A DNA stretch of 64,000 bases from Dimorphilus gyrociliatus (GCA_904063045.1 CAJFCJ010000004.1:1-64000), one strand, 5' to 3'. Shown: positions 25,436 to 38,540, numbered from the stretch's first letter. Translations and numbers: made by a program. The notes: a model not told the origin generated them from the letters alone.

Positions 25436-26881
25436 CTAATCTTGAATATTTAAAACTTGAAATAATCCATAGTTTTCTAGAATCCATAAATCTTTAAATG
25501 TAAGATTTAACAAACAAAATATATCAAATATAACAGTTTCACTAGGACGAGAAATAAACAATAAAATATCTTCTGTGCAGTATCTTAGATTGATAACTTT
25601 CAAGTTATTTTTTATCATATATCTCAATTTCATAAGGGAATGGAACCATAGTGGAGGAGGCCAGCTAGAGAATGTTATTTTTGTTAGTTGATTTTGAACC
25701 ATGACCCTTAGATATGAACTTTGTAACTTTTCCAACAACAGGTTAATAAGAGTAAATCCATCCTCTCTTATAATGAGACTTTCTATAACGTATACATATA
25801 TTTTGATAAATATATTTTCAAATCTATGGAATTTTTGCAAACAATTTATGAGACAATCATTCTGGTTTGTCTCCATATATGAGAATGGGGTAAGAAAATG
25901 AATGTTCATCTTATGAAGAAGAGCTAAATCATCTATGTGAATTGTATTTTCAAAATCTATTGAAGAAAATTTCCATGGATCCAATCTAATTCTTAGCATT
26001 CTCCAAGAACAAGGCTTCCTTTTCGCTGTTGTTGACTTGGAGGTTGTTTTGTGAATGTTACAATACTTTCTGTGATTGGAGAGAGCGTGATTATACGTAT
26101 TCGAGTCATTCTCTGTTGTATTAAATACAATTTCATTGAATTCCGTTAGATTTAATAATACATTATCTCTATCGAGATAATTAACCATCAAAAATGTCGA
26201 CCAAGCATATTCAATTAAATCGATAAAATATCCTTTTCTGGCCCTAAGTTCATTTTCTATTCGAAAACTATCTAATTGTCTACTTCTCAATTGAAACTTA
26301 ATTAATCCTTTCCATGTAAAAACAATATAACCACCAGATTGATACTTTTCCAGAATAAATCGCCAGAAGCATATACAAATCAATAAGAATGAATGGCAGA
26401 ATGCCCAAAGAATAAATATATAGTAATCAACTGGCCAGGTTCTTTTGCATTTATAAACTTGCTGATATTCTTTCAATTCTTTGTTTACTCTTTCGAATAA
26501 TAGAGAACCGAAAAGAATTTGCAGTAGTAAAATTACAGGCACAAATACAAAAATAAACTTGAAACAATTAAACTTTTTCATAAAACTCAGCAGTAATAAG
26601 GGATATAATACAATATATGTAAAGTTTGCACTATGAAAGAAATCTTGCAGTTTATCTAAAAAAGAATAAAGAACATAGTTTAGACTTTTTTTTAGATAGT
26701 ATAATAAGAAAGAAGACTTACCTTTGTTCACATATATTGTAATGTTAACAGTCCTATTTTTATAACTGACCACAGATAGTTCACTATAATAAAGTTTAAC
26801 CGTAAATGTTATGTAGCTAAAATACGAAAGTATAAATGTATAACCAAAGGTTTTAACAAGAATAGAAGTAGTTTTTGACAT
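25436..26881 (-). CDS. A11 paralog, ~459 aa; exons 26881-26722, 26655-25436 (66-nt in-frame stop-free intron)
   Basis: Donor GTAAGT 26721; acceptor TTTTTAG 26656. Motifs HRKYCNIH, PCSW, ESLIIREDG, WPPPLWFHSLMKLR. Confidence 0.88.
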   Translation of the reverse strand: MSKTTSILVKTFGYTFILSYFSYITFTVKLYYSELSVVSYKNRTVNITIYVNKGKSSFLLYYLKKSLNYVLYSFLDKLQDFFHSANFTYIVLYPLLLLSFMKKFNCFKFIFVFVPVILLLQILFGSLLFERVNKELKEYQQVYKCKRTWPVDYYIFILWAFCHSFLLICICFWRFILEKYQSGGYIVFTWKGLIKFQLRSRQLDSFRIENELRARKGYFIDLIEYAWSTFLMVNYLDRDNVLLNLTEFNEIVFNTTENDSNTYNHALSNHRKYCNIHKTTSKSTTAKRKPCSWRMLRIRLDPWKFSSIDFENTIHIDDLALLHKMNIHFLTPFSYMETNQNDCLINCLQKFHRFENIFIKIYVYVIESLIIREDGFTLINLLLEKLQSSYLRVMVQNQLTKITFSSWPPPLWFHSLMKLRYMIKNNLKVINLRYCTEDILLFISRPSETVIFDIFCLLNLTFKDLWILENYGLFQVLNIQD

Positions 26882-27671
26882 TTTTCAGTTGTAAATAAAG
26901 GGTAGCAGTTTTAGAGTAACCAGTTTATCTTAGAATTTAGAAGCTACAACCAGACCCTTAGAGTGGTTCACCTTGCTCCTTCCAATTATTTAATATCAAC
27001 CTATTTCCTGAGGTATTAATTGATTATTACTATTATAGTATTAGTTAATTGACCGTATAAAAAAATTACAAGTCCATTATGATTCGGTGAAAAACAATAT
27101 ACAAGCTACTTTTAAAAGTTTTATTTCAACATACCAACAAAATGAAAGTTATATTCTAATTTCTTCTTAGGGCAACAATTATATTAAGTGAAATTTAGCA
27201 TCCAATCTTGGAAATCAATTAATATCCTTCAGTTTTTCCCACTATAGAAATATTGTTACCTAATGTTCTTTTGAGAGATTTGTAATATAAAAATGCAAAA
27301 GTCCCTAGGTTCTTTCGGGAAATAATACATTTCAATATTAGAAAATAAAATCCCTAGAGTCTTTAGAATACTATATCAATTGTGATTATTAACAAAAGGA
27401 CAAGATATAAATATAATAGTATATACTGTATATATAGCTATTAAGATGTACACGGTAAATTAAATATTTGATAGTTGAAAGAAGAAGCAAAATCGTCAAA
27501 ACAGAATAGGAAGCTTTAATAAGATAAAGTTTATCATATAAGTGCCACTTAGTCAAGAGGAAAATTTATTATAAATAATATACTAGAGTGTCTTTAATGA
27601 ATGTGAAAGGAAGAGAGGAGCATGTGAGAGGGAAAAAAAGAAAGAATGGGATAGAAAGAGTAAGAAATAAA

Positions 27672-27674
<3 letters not shown>

Positions 27675-27721
<47 letters not shown>

Positions 27722-27722
27722 C
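27675..27722. repeat. (GA)n microsatellite
   Basis: About 18 perfect GA units followed by a GGA-degenerate end. Confidence 0.95.
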
Positions 27723-28236
27723 ATAAGATTGATTAGGTTCTTTAAATAGAATACTTGTTGAATTAAATAAAAACAATCTTTAGTAATTAAATACTGACAT
27801 AAATGATAGAATTTGGTTTATGAAATTTCATCAAATTCCATATATTATAGCTCGACTTCCTTATTTAAGCTATTTTTAGATTTAATTAGACGTTTTTTTT
27901 CTCATCTTAATATACCTAATTTCTTTTTCCACCTACTCCATCTATCTTTATCCGTTTTGAATAATGCAGTAGACGACTATACATTGTTCTCCTATAAAGC
28001 TTTTCTTGCCTTTTTGTAAATAGAACTCTTACAACCAGCGTGTAAGCTAAAACCACAATTACTGTGGTTAAGACTTTCTCCTAGAGGTTAAGTATCACGC
28101 TTGCTACTTCTGTTATAAAAATTTATATTTATATATATATAGTACTTGTCCTATTTTACTTTAAGAAAAAAACATATCATTAATTAGACCTAAGTAGCAT
28201 AAATTAAAAGAAAAAAAAATAAAAAACTTAAACAAC

Positions 28237-28324
28237 GGGGACAGCCGGGATTCGAACCCGGGACCTCTCGTAGATTAGTGAGTCGGTTCCCTAAACGAGA
28301 ATCATACCCCTAGACCACTGTCCC
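28237..28324 (-). tRNA. tRNA-Pro-AGG: tRNA-Pro(AGG), 16-nt intron
   Basis: Intron AACCGACTCACTAATC; downstream T-rich run. Confidence 0.95.
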
Positions 28325-29030
28325 AATCTGCTAGAACTACTCTTATAATCACAATATTTTCCGCAACTTTCCAAAAATAGCATGGATTTTACATATTTCA
28401 CCGATTTTTTTTTACTTATTATTGATTGCAAATAGTAATAATAATAAATGAACGGTCTTAAAATACGAACTGTTAATAGGCCAAAAGAATAAAAAGAAAG
28501 AAAATAAGAAACACAAATAAACTAATGAAGATAATAAATTTGCAAACTCTCTCTTTTAACAATGACAAACTACAGAGCATTGCTGCACAATCCATTAATG
28601 AAGATAATTTAACTTCATAATTCTTTTATAAGAGAATACAAAAAAGAAGAGAGCTTTTACTAGTAAATAATATAGAAGGCACTACAATTATATAATAGCC
28701 AACCTTTTGAACCTTTAAAAAACAAGAGAATACATTAAAAGCTAAATAAATATTTTGACGATAAGATGTAAATTAAGGGAATATAAAAATATTTCAATAT
28801 TAAAATACATAAGGAAAATATTCCTAATTAAAAATAAAACTAAAAATTCTAATTAAATGTAATCTGATTATTTATCTTGTTATGAAGCAGTTTCAAACTG
28901 AGAAAATCGATATAAACAACGTAAAGCTATTTTAAAGAGGAAGAGAGGCTAAATTAAAAAATGAATAAACAATAGAAATAATTTAAGAACTTGGAACGAA
29001 AATATTTATTCAATTTAATAAATTTTTATA

Positions 29031-30491
29031 TTAAATATGTATACATTCAAATATTCCACATAAGAATTGTTCATTAGTCCATAAAGATTCAAAAGATAAT
29101 TTCAAAACAGTAAATATATCCCAGTTAAAACGATTTTTCAACGGATTGCAAATAGATGATTCAATTATTGTATCTTTTAATTTAGTTTTGAACATTCTAT
29201 TCAAAATTCTCTGTCTATAATACTTTTTTATAAGGGAACGGACTTTCATTAAAGCCTGATACCATAGTGGTGGTGGCCATATTAGAAAAGTATCTAAAAG
29301 AACATGGCATTTTATTATTAATTTATGATCTGGACTTTTTAATTTTGTAATAAGCTTATTTATAAGATAAATCCCATCTTCTCTAATTGCTAAACTTTCA
29401 ATTAAATATATATAAATTTTAGGAAAAATGCTATCAAAATGATCTAACTCTTGTAAATTATCTAAAAGACATTCTGATTGAGGATTATTAATAAAATTTG
29501 AAAAATTAAAGGGCGTTAATACATGAAAATTCATTGTATTAAGTACATTTAATAATTTAAGATTATTATGATTTTTAAAATAGTTACAATTGTATAAAGT
29601 AGTATCAATTCTTATTCTTAATCTTTTCCACGAACATGGAATCGGTATATGTTTACTCTTTGCTTGAAAACTATGATAAATACTTTGCCTTTTATGACAA
29701 ACTGAAGCTGTATAGTAAGATACAGAATCAAACATTGTATTATTATACATAATATCGTTTGATTGCGCAATTTTATACGTTAAAAGTCTCTTTAAATCAA
29801 CCTCGTAGATGGACAAACGTTTCTCTAAGAAATTCCATTTATATTCTAGCAGTTGAAGAAATTTTGTGGATCTCGTAAAAGATGCTTCAATCTCTGTATC
29901 TATACTTTTGATTTCTTCGTAATACGATTTTAACATAATAACTCTATATGTAAAAACAAAAATAATTATAAAAATATTATAAATCATCAATACTAAAAAC
30001 ATATAAAATCCGGGTAGTAAGTTCCAATCAATGGGTCCATTTTGTGTGTAAATATCCAATTGCGTTTTACATTGTCTATATAATTTAAAAGCAAACCGAT
30101 AATGAACAACGGCTATTAGACATATTCCAAAGAAGCCCAAAAGTAAATGGGAACATCTTTTAATCGACGTTAGGAATAGATAGGAAAATGATGATGATAT
30201 AAAAACTAAATTTATCACCAGAATTCCATAAAGTGAACTATCTATTAAATAGATATTTGTTAATGCAATAAATTTTATGAATAAATGTATTTAAATGTCT
30301 TTATATATAAATATAAATAACTTACCTTTAGAATCGGGTAATTGAATTATGATAGTTTTATTTAAAGTATCGTTAAAATATTTAATTACTATCATTTCGC
30401 TGACGTAAACAGTTACTGAAAGAACGCAATAAGATCCAAAAATTGGGAAGAAAGCTATTCCGAATAGTTTTTTCGTTATTAAAGAATTCAT
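29031..30491 (-). CDS. A12 paralog, ~458 aa; exons 30491-30326, 30241-29031
   Basis: Donor GTAAGT 30325; acceptor AATAG 30242. Motifs PCSW, ESLAIREDG, WPPPLWYQALMKVR. Confidence 0.88.
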
Positions 30492-30929
30492 TGCTCTATT
30501 TTAACAATGTTTAAGACAGAAGAGGAGGACTATGTCTGATAGAACGTCAGGAATCTGCGAGACTAATATTTAAAAAATGTACAATTCTCTATTATCGCTC
30601 TTTACTTTTGCAAAGTTTTTTATTTTATACTTGATAATTTTAAATAAACAATTTTATTTCTTAATAAAGTAAAAATTATAACAATTATGTATATGAATTA
30701 TTCATAAAAATTAAAAAAATTGAAAATATTTTAACAACTAACAACTATTCCTATTATAATTTTTCATTAATTATTAATGAAAAATTTCACGGTTTTTTGC
30801 AATCTGGAATTCCATTAGGTGTAACAAAAGCTTATATTCTATTGTATCTTCATAACTAAAAAATCTCATTATTTCTCTTTTTCATATTTATCCAAATTGA
30901 AGTGAGTTTGTCACGTTTTCCAGTTTTTT

Positions 30930-32436
30930 TTAACAATGTAGGATTTCAAAAATGCCATATTTGAAATTTTTATCTTTCCAAATACATTCGTAAGAGAGAT
31001 TTACAACTGAAAACAAATCTAAATTATTCGATTGAGGCTTAAGCACATTAGATATTGAATCTTTTATATCCTTGTACGTCCATTTTTCAGTTTCTTTTGA
31101 GCATGTTCTGATCTCGTAACGTACTTTCTGTAGACAGTAGAACCATAATGGTGGAGGCCATCGCTTAAAAATTTTATTTATAACGCAATTTTTAACTAAT
31201 TCTCTATGTTTAGGATTTAGGAGCTTTCCTATTAACTCATTAATCAGAGAAAATCCATTCTCTCTTATTAGTAAACTTTCAATTATAAACTCCATCATTT
31301 TCGGAAATTTCTCATCAAAATTCTCATGTTTTTGTAAATAATCAATTAACGAGTCATTTCGTACATTCTTTATATTAGAAAAAGGTGTAATAAAGTTGAA
31401 ATTCAGTTTATTAAGAAATAATAAATCTTTTAAATGTCTAACATTAGTAAAATCAATTGTCATCAACTTGGAAATATTTATTCTTAGGCCTAATCTTTGC
31501 CACTGACAATAATCTTGAAGCGTATTTGATAATACTGGACAGCTATGTAAGGCGCATCTGCTTTCGTGATATGAATATATATAATTTGAAAATTTCTTCG
31601 AATAGAAACTGTTTTCTATTTCGTATGTAATACAGTTATCCTTACGAAATTTCGACTTTTTCAATAAGGTATTAAATATCTCTTGTTCTAAATAATTAAA
31701 CGTCAATCCGCCGTTACATGAGTATTTTATATACTTCACTAAAGGATTTCCAGTTTTTAATAAAATTTCGTTCTCTACTGAGCATCCGTCTCTCTCTTCT
31801 TGATTTTCCAACCAATTCCCACAGGGCAAAACACCCTGATATTTGATTGAGCTTGTTATAAAATGTAATAATAAAATTATATTCATAACAAGTAGATAAG
31901 ATATGAATAATACTATAGTGATGTAATATCCATAGTCCCATTGCCAAACAACAGTATTATAAACTTTTAACAATTCAATAGTATTTTTTAAATTTCTATG
32001 AATAAGAAAGACGACAAACCATTGAACGAGTAAAGTTATTGGATAACCAATTGCATAGTGAACAAAGAATCGGATTTTATGTCGAAAATTATATATAATA
32101 CTTGGATAGAATAGAAGTATAAAAGTAAAATTACTAATATGGAAAATCAGTTCTTTGTCAGCTGTAAAATAAATAATAAAAAAACTATAAATTAAGAATA
32201 TACTGCTGTATATATTATTTTATTTATATATATTCAGTTAAATTGAATAAAACAAAATTATGCATACTTCTCTCTGCTGGTAAATAGATATCCTTCCTAT
32301 TCAAACCAACATTGCTGTGTAATGTAACAACTATCCATTTACTATACCATAATTTTATCGATAGACTGAGATAAATAACCAAAAACAATACAGATGAAAC
32401 ATGTACTATAAACTTTCTTATAAATTTCTTTTTCAT
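30930..32436 (-). CDS. A13 paralog, ~466 aa; exons 32436-32268, 32161-30930
   Basis: Donor GTATGC 32267; acceptor TACAG 32162; frame hand-checked open into ORF 31973. Motifs WQWDYG, HESRCALH, CQW, WPPPLWFYCLQKVR. Confidence 0.88.
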
Positions 32437-32510
32437 TAATTCGATCAATTAAATTATTATCTCTTCATTAAAAGGATTAAAAACATTTAGTATTCCTGTC
32501 TTCCTCTTTC

Positions 32511-32516
32511 TTTCTA

Positions 32517-32548
<32 letters not shown>

Positions 32549-32583
32549 CCTCTCTCCCTCTCTCTCTCTATTTCTCTCTGTGT
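32511..32583. repeat. Compound (TC)n/(TCTG)n microsatellite upstream of A13
   Basis: Read directly from the sequence. Confidence 0.9.
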
Positions 32584-33222
32584 CTGCCTTTGTATTCTCT
32601 TAAGCGCTCTTGAACGTTTAGTAAATACAGTCAATCTGACATTATATTATATCCTATAGCTTTCGTAATCATTACTAATGTTTTTTTATACGATTTAGTC
32701 ACGAAAAATAGAATAGAAGCTATTTTTTGGAAAATCCATTACAGGTACACTTAAGAGAAATTTTTTTTATTAACTTAATCAGTTTTATAAATATTGTCCT
32801 ATTGGCCTAAATTAATAAGGTTAAAAAAAAAAAGAGAGAAATAAAAACAATTTAGATGAATTCTAAATAAGAATGATATAGAATTTTATAGTAGAACTGC
32901 ATAATATAAAACATATATGACTTTTATAATAAATATTATTTGTCATTATTAAAAATATATCAATAAACAACGTTAAATGCTTTATAAATACATTTATTCG
33001 TTATATTTATGATATTTATGAATAATTACAAATTCTTATGTCCAAAAACAAAACTCAACTATTGTATCTTCCTATTAAGTAAAAATAGATTTGTACTTGA
33101 ATAAAACATTGTTATCTTATTAATTAATCTTTTCTCAGATTGTATCGTATCTTGATAATAATAAAAAAAACTTTTGGAAAATAGCAAAACAAAGCAAAAA
33201 AAAAAAAAGAAAAAAAATTATT

Positions 33223-33314
33223 GGGGACAGCCGGGATTCGAACCCGGGACCTCTCGCATGCTTAGTATATTACAACTTCCCAAAGCGAGAATCATACCCC
33301 TAGACCACTGTCCC
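33223..33314 (-). tRNA. tRNA-Pro-TGG: tRNA-Pro(TGG), 20-nt intron
   Basis: Identical to the copies at 3753 and 22285. Confidence 0.95.
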
Positions 33315-33668
33315 TGTCTGAATATAGTAGTCTCTATTTCAGCTTTTCAAATGCTGTTACTTATATATATATCAACAGAACTATATTATACAGTTTTGGT
33401 AATCTATTTAGAAATTAGCTATCTATTAATCTAAATCGAACGATTTATAAAATATAAAACGTGAAAGGCTATTTAAAAAATTGTCTTAAAAGTATATTAC
33501 TAAGTTCTTTCAGTTTCAAAATAAAGGTAAATATAATAACGTAAATACATATAAATACAATTATGAATACATTTTTATATATAGGTACATAGTTATTAAT
33601 GTAATAAAAGACATGTATAATACAAGTTGGGTGAATACTATATATTCGAGTATAAGTTATCTACGAAT

Positions 33669-35229
33669 CTACGAGTCCAGGGATAAAAATATACCATAAC
33701 ATAAATATTTATGCTTCCAATATGTTTTGAATGATAGATTTAAAACTGAGTTTAACTCAAAAAGTTCAAAACTAAATGGATTATAAATAAAACATTCGTA
33801 ATCTTTAATTCCTTTATTGAACGAGTTTAATTGTAGTCGACCTCCCTTCTGTAAAATTCTACATTTCATCAACGATAGATACCAGAGCGGAGGTGGCCAT
33901 ACTCTAAAAACTACCTTCGTCAAATGATCAATTATCATTTGTTTATGCGCTTTTTCGTATAACATATTCATCATTGAATTAATAAGCGCCAAACCATCTT
34001 CTCTTATAATTAAACTCTCAACAACATATCTAAAGATTTCTTCAAATATAGTATTAAAATCGCTTCGTCTTTGTAGATAATCAATTAAGCTTATATTAAT
34101 ATTTTCTGGACATTGAAATTTAGTTAGAAAACTAATATCCATCTTATTCATAATTGATAAATGTAAAAAATTTGTATTAATTAACCATTCTGAATGTAAA
34201 TTTAACTTTTCACCATCAATTAATATTTCGTATTTATACCATTCGCAAATATTTCGATTAGACGCCCAACAATTACATTCTTTTGAATGCATCTTTTGTA
34301 ATTCGTAAAAATGAACGTCGTCCGATTGTTTTATTGTATAAATTAATTTGTTTTTAATCGATTCGTTTATAAAATCTTCGTATATCATTTTAAGATTCTC
34401 TTCATTTATTGAGAAATTCCATTCGGATGAGTTGTAATCGTAAACTATCTCAATAAATTCAATATTTTCTGGATCCCATTCGTATTTAACAAATTTTATT
34501 ATATCTTTGTCATCGCTATCGTCTTCTTCGCAGTTGATGGATACAAAATCCGATGGAAATTGAATTAAAAATGATGAATCTTCGCTCTTTGAATTAAAAT
34601 TATCATTTGATGAAGTTCTATTTCTATATACCAATAGAATGAATGTAGTTGTTAGCATAGACGTTAAACAGGAGCATCCAATCAAAAATATACCATATCC
34701 TAACCCAATCGTACATACTTTATTGTTTACACTATAACTTTTAGCCTCAAAACTAGCTCCTATTAACATTGTGAACATGCTTAAAAATCCAAGTAAGAAA
34801 TGCGATACGAAGCAATAAATAATGTTTCTTTCTCTCTTTTTCCTACGTTCTAACCAACCGATTATATACAGAAATAGTAAAATAATCGCGTATACAAGTA
34901 GGATGATCAGAAATATTAATATAAAGGCAGATATTCTCTGAAAAACTAAAAAAAAGGGAAAAGATGAAGATAAGAGAGGTTAATTTGATTGTTTTCTTTT
35001 TAATTATTTTTTCTTCTTTATTACCTTTTGTCTTTAAGTTATTTCCATGATTCATTATATTTCTATTGAATATCGAATAATAATTTTTACCAAATATCTC
35101 TTCACCATCTTCAATGTCAAGGCGAACCCAATAACCACAAAACATAGACATCAAATGTAACGATAAAGTAATACATCCTAAAGGTAGGATGAGTGTTCTA
35201 GCAGCAAAGGGGAGAAGTAGTTTTATCAT
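33669..35229 (-). CDS. A14 paralog, ~493 aa; exons 35229-35025, 34945-33669
   Basis: Donor GTAATA 35024 (35090 is an alternative); acceptor TTTAG 34946; frame hand-checked. Claudin-like YWV and GLGYG motifs; HSKECNC, CEW, WPPPLWYLSLMKCR. Confidence 0.82.
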
Positions 35230-36891
35230 TTCTTTTGATCTCAATACGCTTTTAAAGGAGAAAAAGAAAAATTTATATTTTAATATGTTAATTCTCGTTA
35301 CTATTAATAATAATAATCGTCATTTGATCATTTGTGTAATTGAATCTTTAGCTTGAGTTTTATTTTTATTTAATATAAAAATGAATAATATTTGATTTAT
35401 TATGAATAAATAAATAAAAAAAAAATAAGAAATTTATAAAGTTATATTTGTAACTAGATATTTTTTCAATTATTCTTTTTTATGATATTCTGATAAGGAA
35501 TCTGATATCTGTAATATTAAACTTATATTATATTATCCTCTTTTTTTTTTGTCTCTTAATTTTCAATTTTGTTGTTAGTGTTTGAGAAATATTACAAAAT
35601 ATAAGTAATTATATACATATCTATATGTTTGCATAATGCAAATTTAAATATCAATGCTTTTTTATGGACTATATATATATATATAGATATATTTTAAATT
35701 ATACTTCTTAGATATACTAATATATATGTCGATTATTACATTCAAAAACATTAATAAATATGTAAATTGTTAGCAAATAAATAAGAAAAATAATAACAAA
35801 AAACACTTACAGGATTTTTATCTTTAAGAAAAAGCTACTTAAGAAAGGATATTGTTTTGTAGTTTTGTCCTATTTTAAGACCAAGCTTGTATCTTTTTCT
35901 TTTATGTTTTCTTCCTTTTGAGGATAAAATTGAATTTTTTTAATAGAGTAGGAAATCTCTTAATTATTTTATCAAATGAATATCTTTGGCAAAGTGTCAT
36001 GAACACAAAAATTCTGATATCTTTATTGTTTTTTTTTTTTCACAACTTTAGGCGGTACGAATAGAGTTCGACTTTTTAAAATTTAATCATAAAGACGAGT
36101 AGGCAAAGACAGAACGAGAAAGATAGATAGAGAGAGAGAGATTGATAGAGATAAAGAAAAAATTACGTAATACTTTTTTCCTTGACGGTTGAAGTTTAAG
36201 TACAATTGACCTTTAGACAAACTTGAATAGTTATTTTAACCAGTATGTAAATCGCTTTGGGTTTTGAAGCACTGTAACTATATCATCTTATCTATATAAG
36301 ACAATACTAGTATTCTTAAAAAACGTTAACCTAATATTTTTTTATACTACTCATTCGATGTTCTGCTTAGGACATGTAGGCTTTTTGGTATTAATTATTG
36401 CTCAAAATAGCTTACACTGCTTAGTAAGTCCATAGAAGTTTAAGTAGAAAGGTACAATATATTAAACAATCGCGTGACTATTATTTTTTTTTGTAAAATG
36501 ACGCCCTCTACAGTTATCCTCAAAGAGAGAGACAAGCCGGAGATTTACATTTAAAGATAGGAGGACAAGCGATAGAGAGAGAGAAAGAGATTTTCATTAA
36601 AGAATATTAATGTATAATGAGAAGACTTAATACATGATTGAACAGGGAGGAATATAAGAAATAATATCAGAGTAGGAAACAATTATTTTGTTAATTTCTA
36701 TGGATTAAAGAAAAGAAGTTGAAGGTCTTATTCTCTTTATTACGATTTCGAATATTTGAGGACATAAATACTCCTATCAAATCGTTTACAAAGTTCTATA
36801 GATAAGACTTTATATTTATACATATACTGTATTGTTCACACTGAAACGGATTGTTTAACTTCATTTTGAGATTTGACAAAACACAATTATC

Positions 36892-38540
36892 ATGAAACTA
36901 CGTATTAAGCATATCATTAATGCTTTAATATTCTTGATAACACTTATTAGTTTCGTTATATACTGTATGGGTTTCTTGAAGGATTGCGTAACAGTTACTT
37001 ATCATATAATAGAAAATGGATCCAGAAGGGAATACGTATTAAAATTTTTCTCAAGCTATCTCAATGTTATGGGTAATAATTGTTTTTTTTTTGAATATTT
37101 AAAATATCTAAAGTATTTTACAATAAAAGAAACAATTTAAAAATGATGTTAAAATTGTAAAATAAGATTTCAACTAGAGATTAAATATCTTACTTTTTTT
37201 CCCTATGCTATCAATCTTTATTATTTATATATCTTTTTATATTTTTTTTTTGTTCTACTATCATTACAGGTTCAATTTATCTAGTACTATGGTTGATAAA
37301 TGGAAATTTACTTTTCCTCTCGCTATTTGGTGTTTATTATCATCGATTAAGGAGTGCCTTGTACAATGGAGTGTTGTTTATTTCTCTTACAATCCAGTGG
37401 ACAGTTATCATTATAAATGCTACTATAGTTGTATGGGAAAATACTGATTCCTCTACAGATCATATACAATTATCATTTGGATGGGGTTTTATTAATTTAA
37501 CAATAGCCTATGGTTTAGTTTTCATTGTTCTACTAGTTAAAATTCAAGAGAGATATGTTTTTAGGAAGAAATGTTTAAAATATCGTGAGGACTTTCGTTT
37601 GCTAGAAGAAGGGACTGTCTCTGTTAGATCACCAAAGTCAACTAGCCAATATTCGAGACTTTTCGTTCATTTTATTAGACATCAACAAGATTTTAAAACA
37701 AATAGTTTCCATCAAATTTCATTTCATCCGTCAGAATATTTTGACCACGACCAATCTTCCCTACATTCACCGTCTCAAGTGGAATTATGCAATCAATTCT
37801 TGAATATGAAAAAATTCATTATATTTGGTTTAAGGTCAAAAGCAACTAATAATAACTCAATACTCGAAAGCCAAACAATAAATTTGTCTCATTATCACGC
37901 TAAAGAGTGTTGCTGCACTCTGCCGGCATTGAAGAAAAATTGCGATTGGATGAAATTGGAGGTGCAATTAGATTTTAGGAGGTTTCATAGTTATTCAAAT
38001 GAATCGGGAGTAATTACTTTCAACAAAATGGATATAGCTTTTCTAAATAAATTGGGTTTCACTTTTGTTACACCAACAAATCATCCAATGTATCCGGCAA
38101 CAACGCTTATAGAAATTTTCCGAAAGTTTGAGGACTTTTCAGTAAGATTCTGTGAATTGTGTACATTTATTGTGGAAAGTTTAATCATTAGGGATAATGG
38201 ACTTTACTTATTACAAAATCTCTTGAATGAATTTGATACCTCAAAGAAACAATTTATCATTAAAACGCTAAAAGAAGGAATTTTTACTTCTTGGCCTCCT
38301 CCATTAAAACTGTTATCATTACAAAAGTCAAGATATCTCATTAGACTGGGTTATTCTCTGTGGAATTGTGAGGGCATTACACATGATCTTAGGTCATTGG
38401 TTCATGATCCATCAAAAAATACTGAAAGACTTAATATTTTTAATATTTTTAATCTAACATATGAATCCTATTGGAATCATTCAGGACTAGAAGTTGGTAT
38501 ATTCGAAAATTTGAATTGTCAATTTACAACAAAACTATAA
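36892..38540 (+). CDS. A15 paralog, ~483 aa; exons 36892-37072, 37270-38540
   Basis: Donor GTAATA 37073; acceptor TACAG 37269. Motifs LSFGWGF before TM4, HAKECCC, CDW, WPPPLKLLSLQKSR. Confidence 0.85.

Noticed and set aside
27594-32634. Short ORFs built on microsatellites (27594, 32449; also 13158 and the start of 61365) and ORF 27813-28019
   Set aside because: The SLSLSL/ERERER runs come from (AG)n repeats; ORF 27813 has no family motif or splice partner.
3753-33314. tRNA-derived SINE family
   Set aside because: No 3' tail, target-site duplications or decayed copies; exons are invariant and introns show compensatory pairing, as expected of real tRNA genes.
13731-33434. ORFs overlapping tRNAs (13731, 18396, 20635, 21022, 22473, 33174)
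   Set aside because: Shadow frames of the GC-rich tRNA sequence (GQPGFEPGTS / GTAGIRTRDLS), not proteins.
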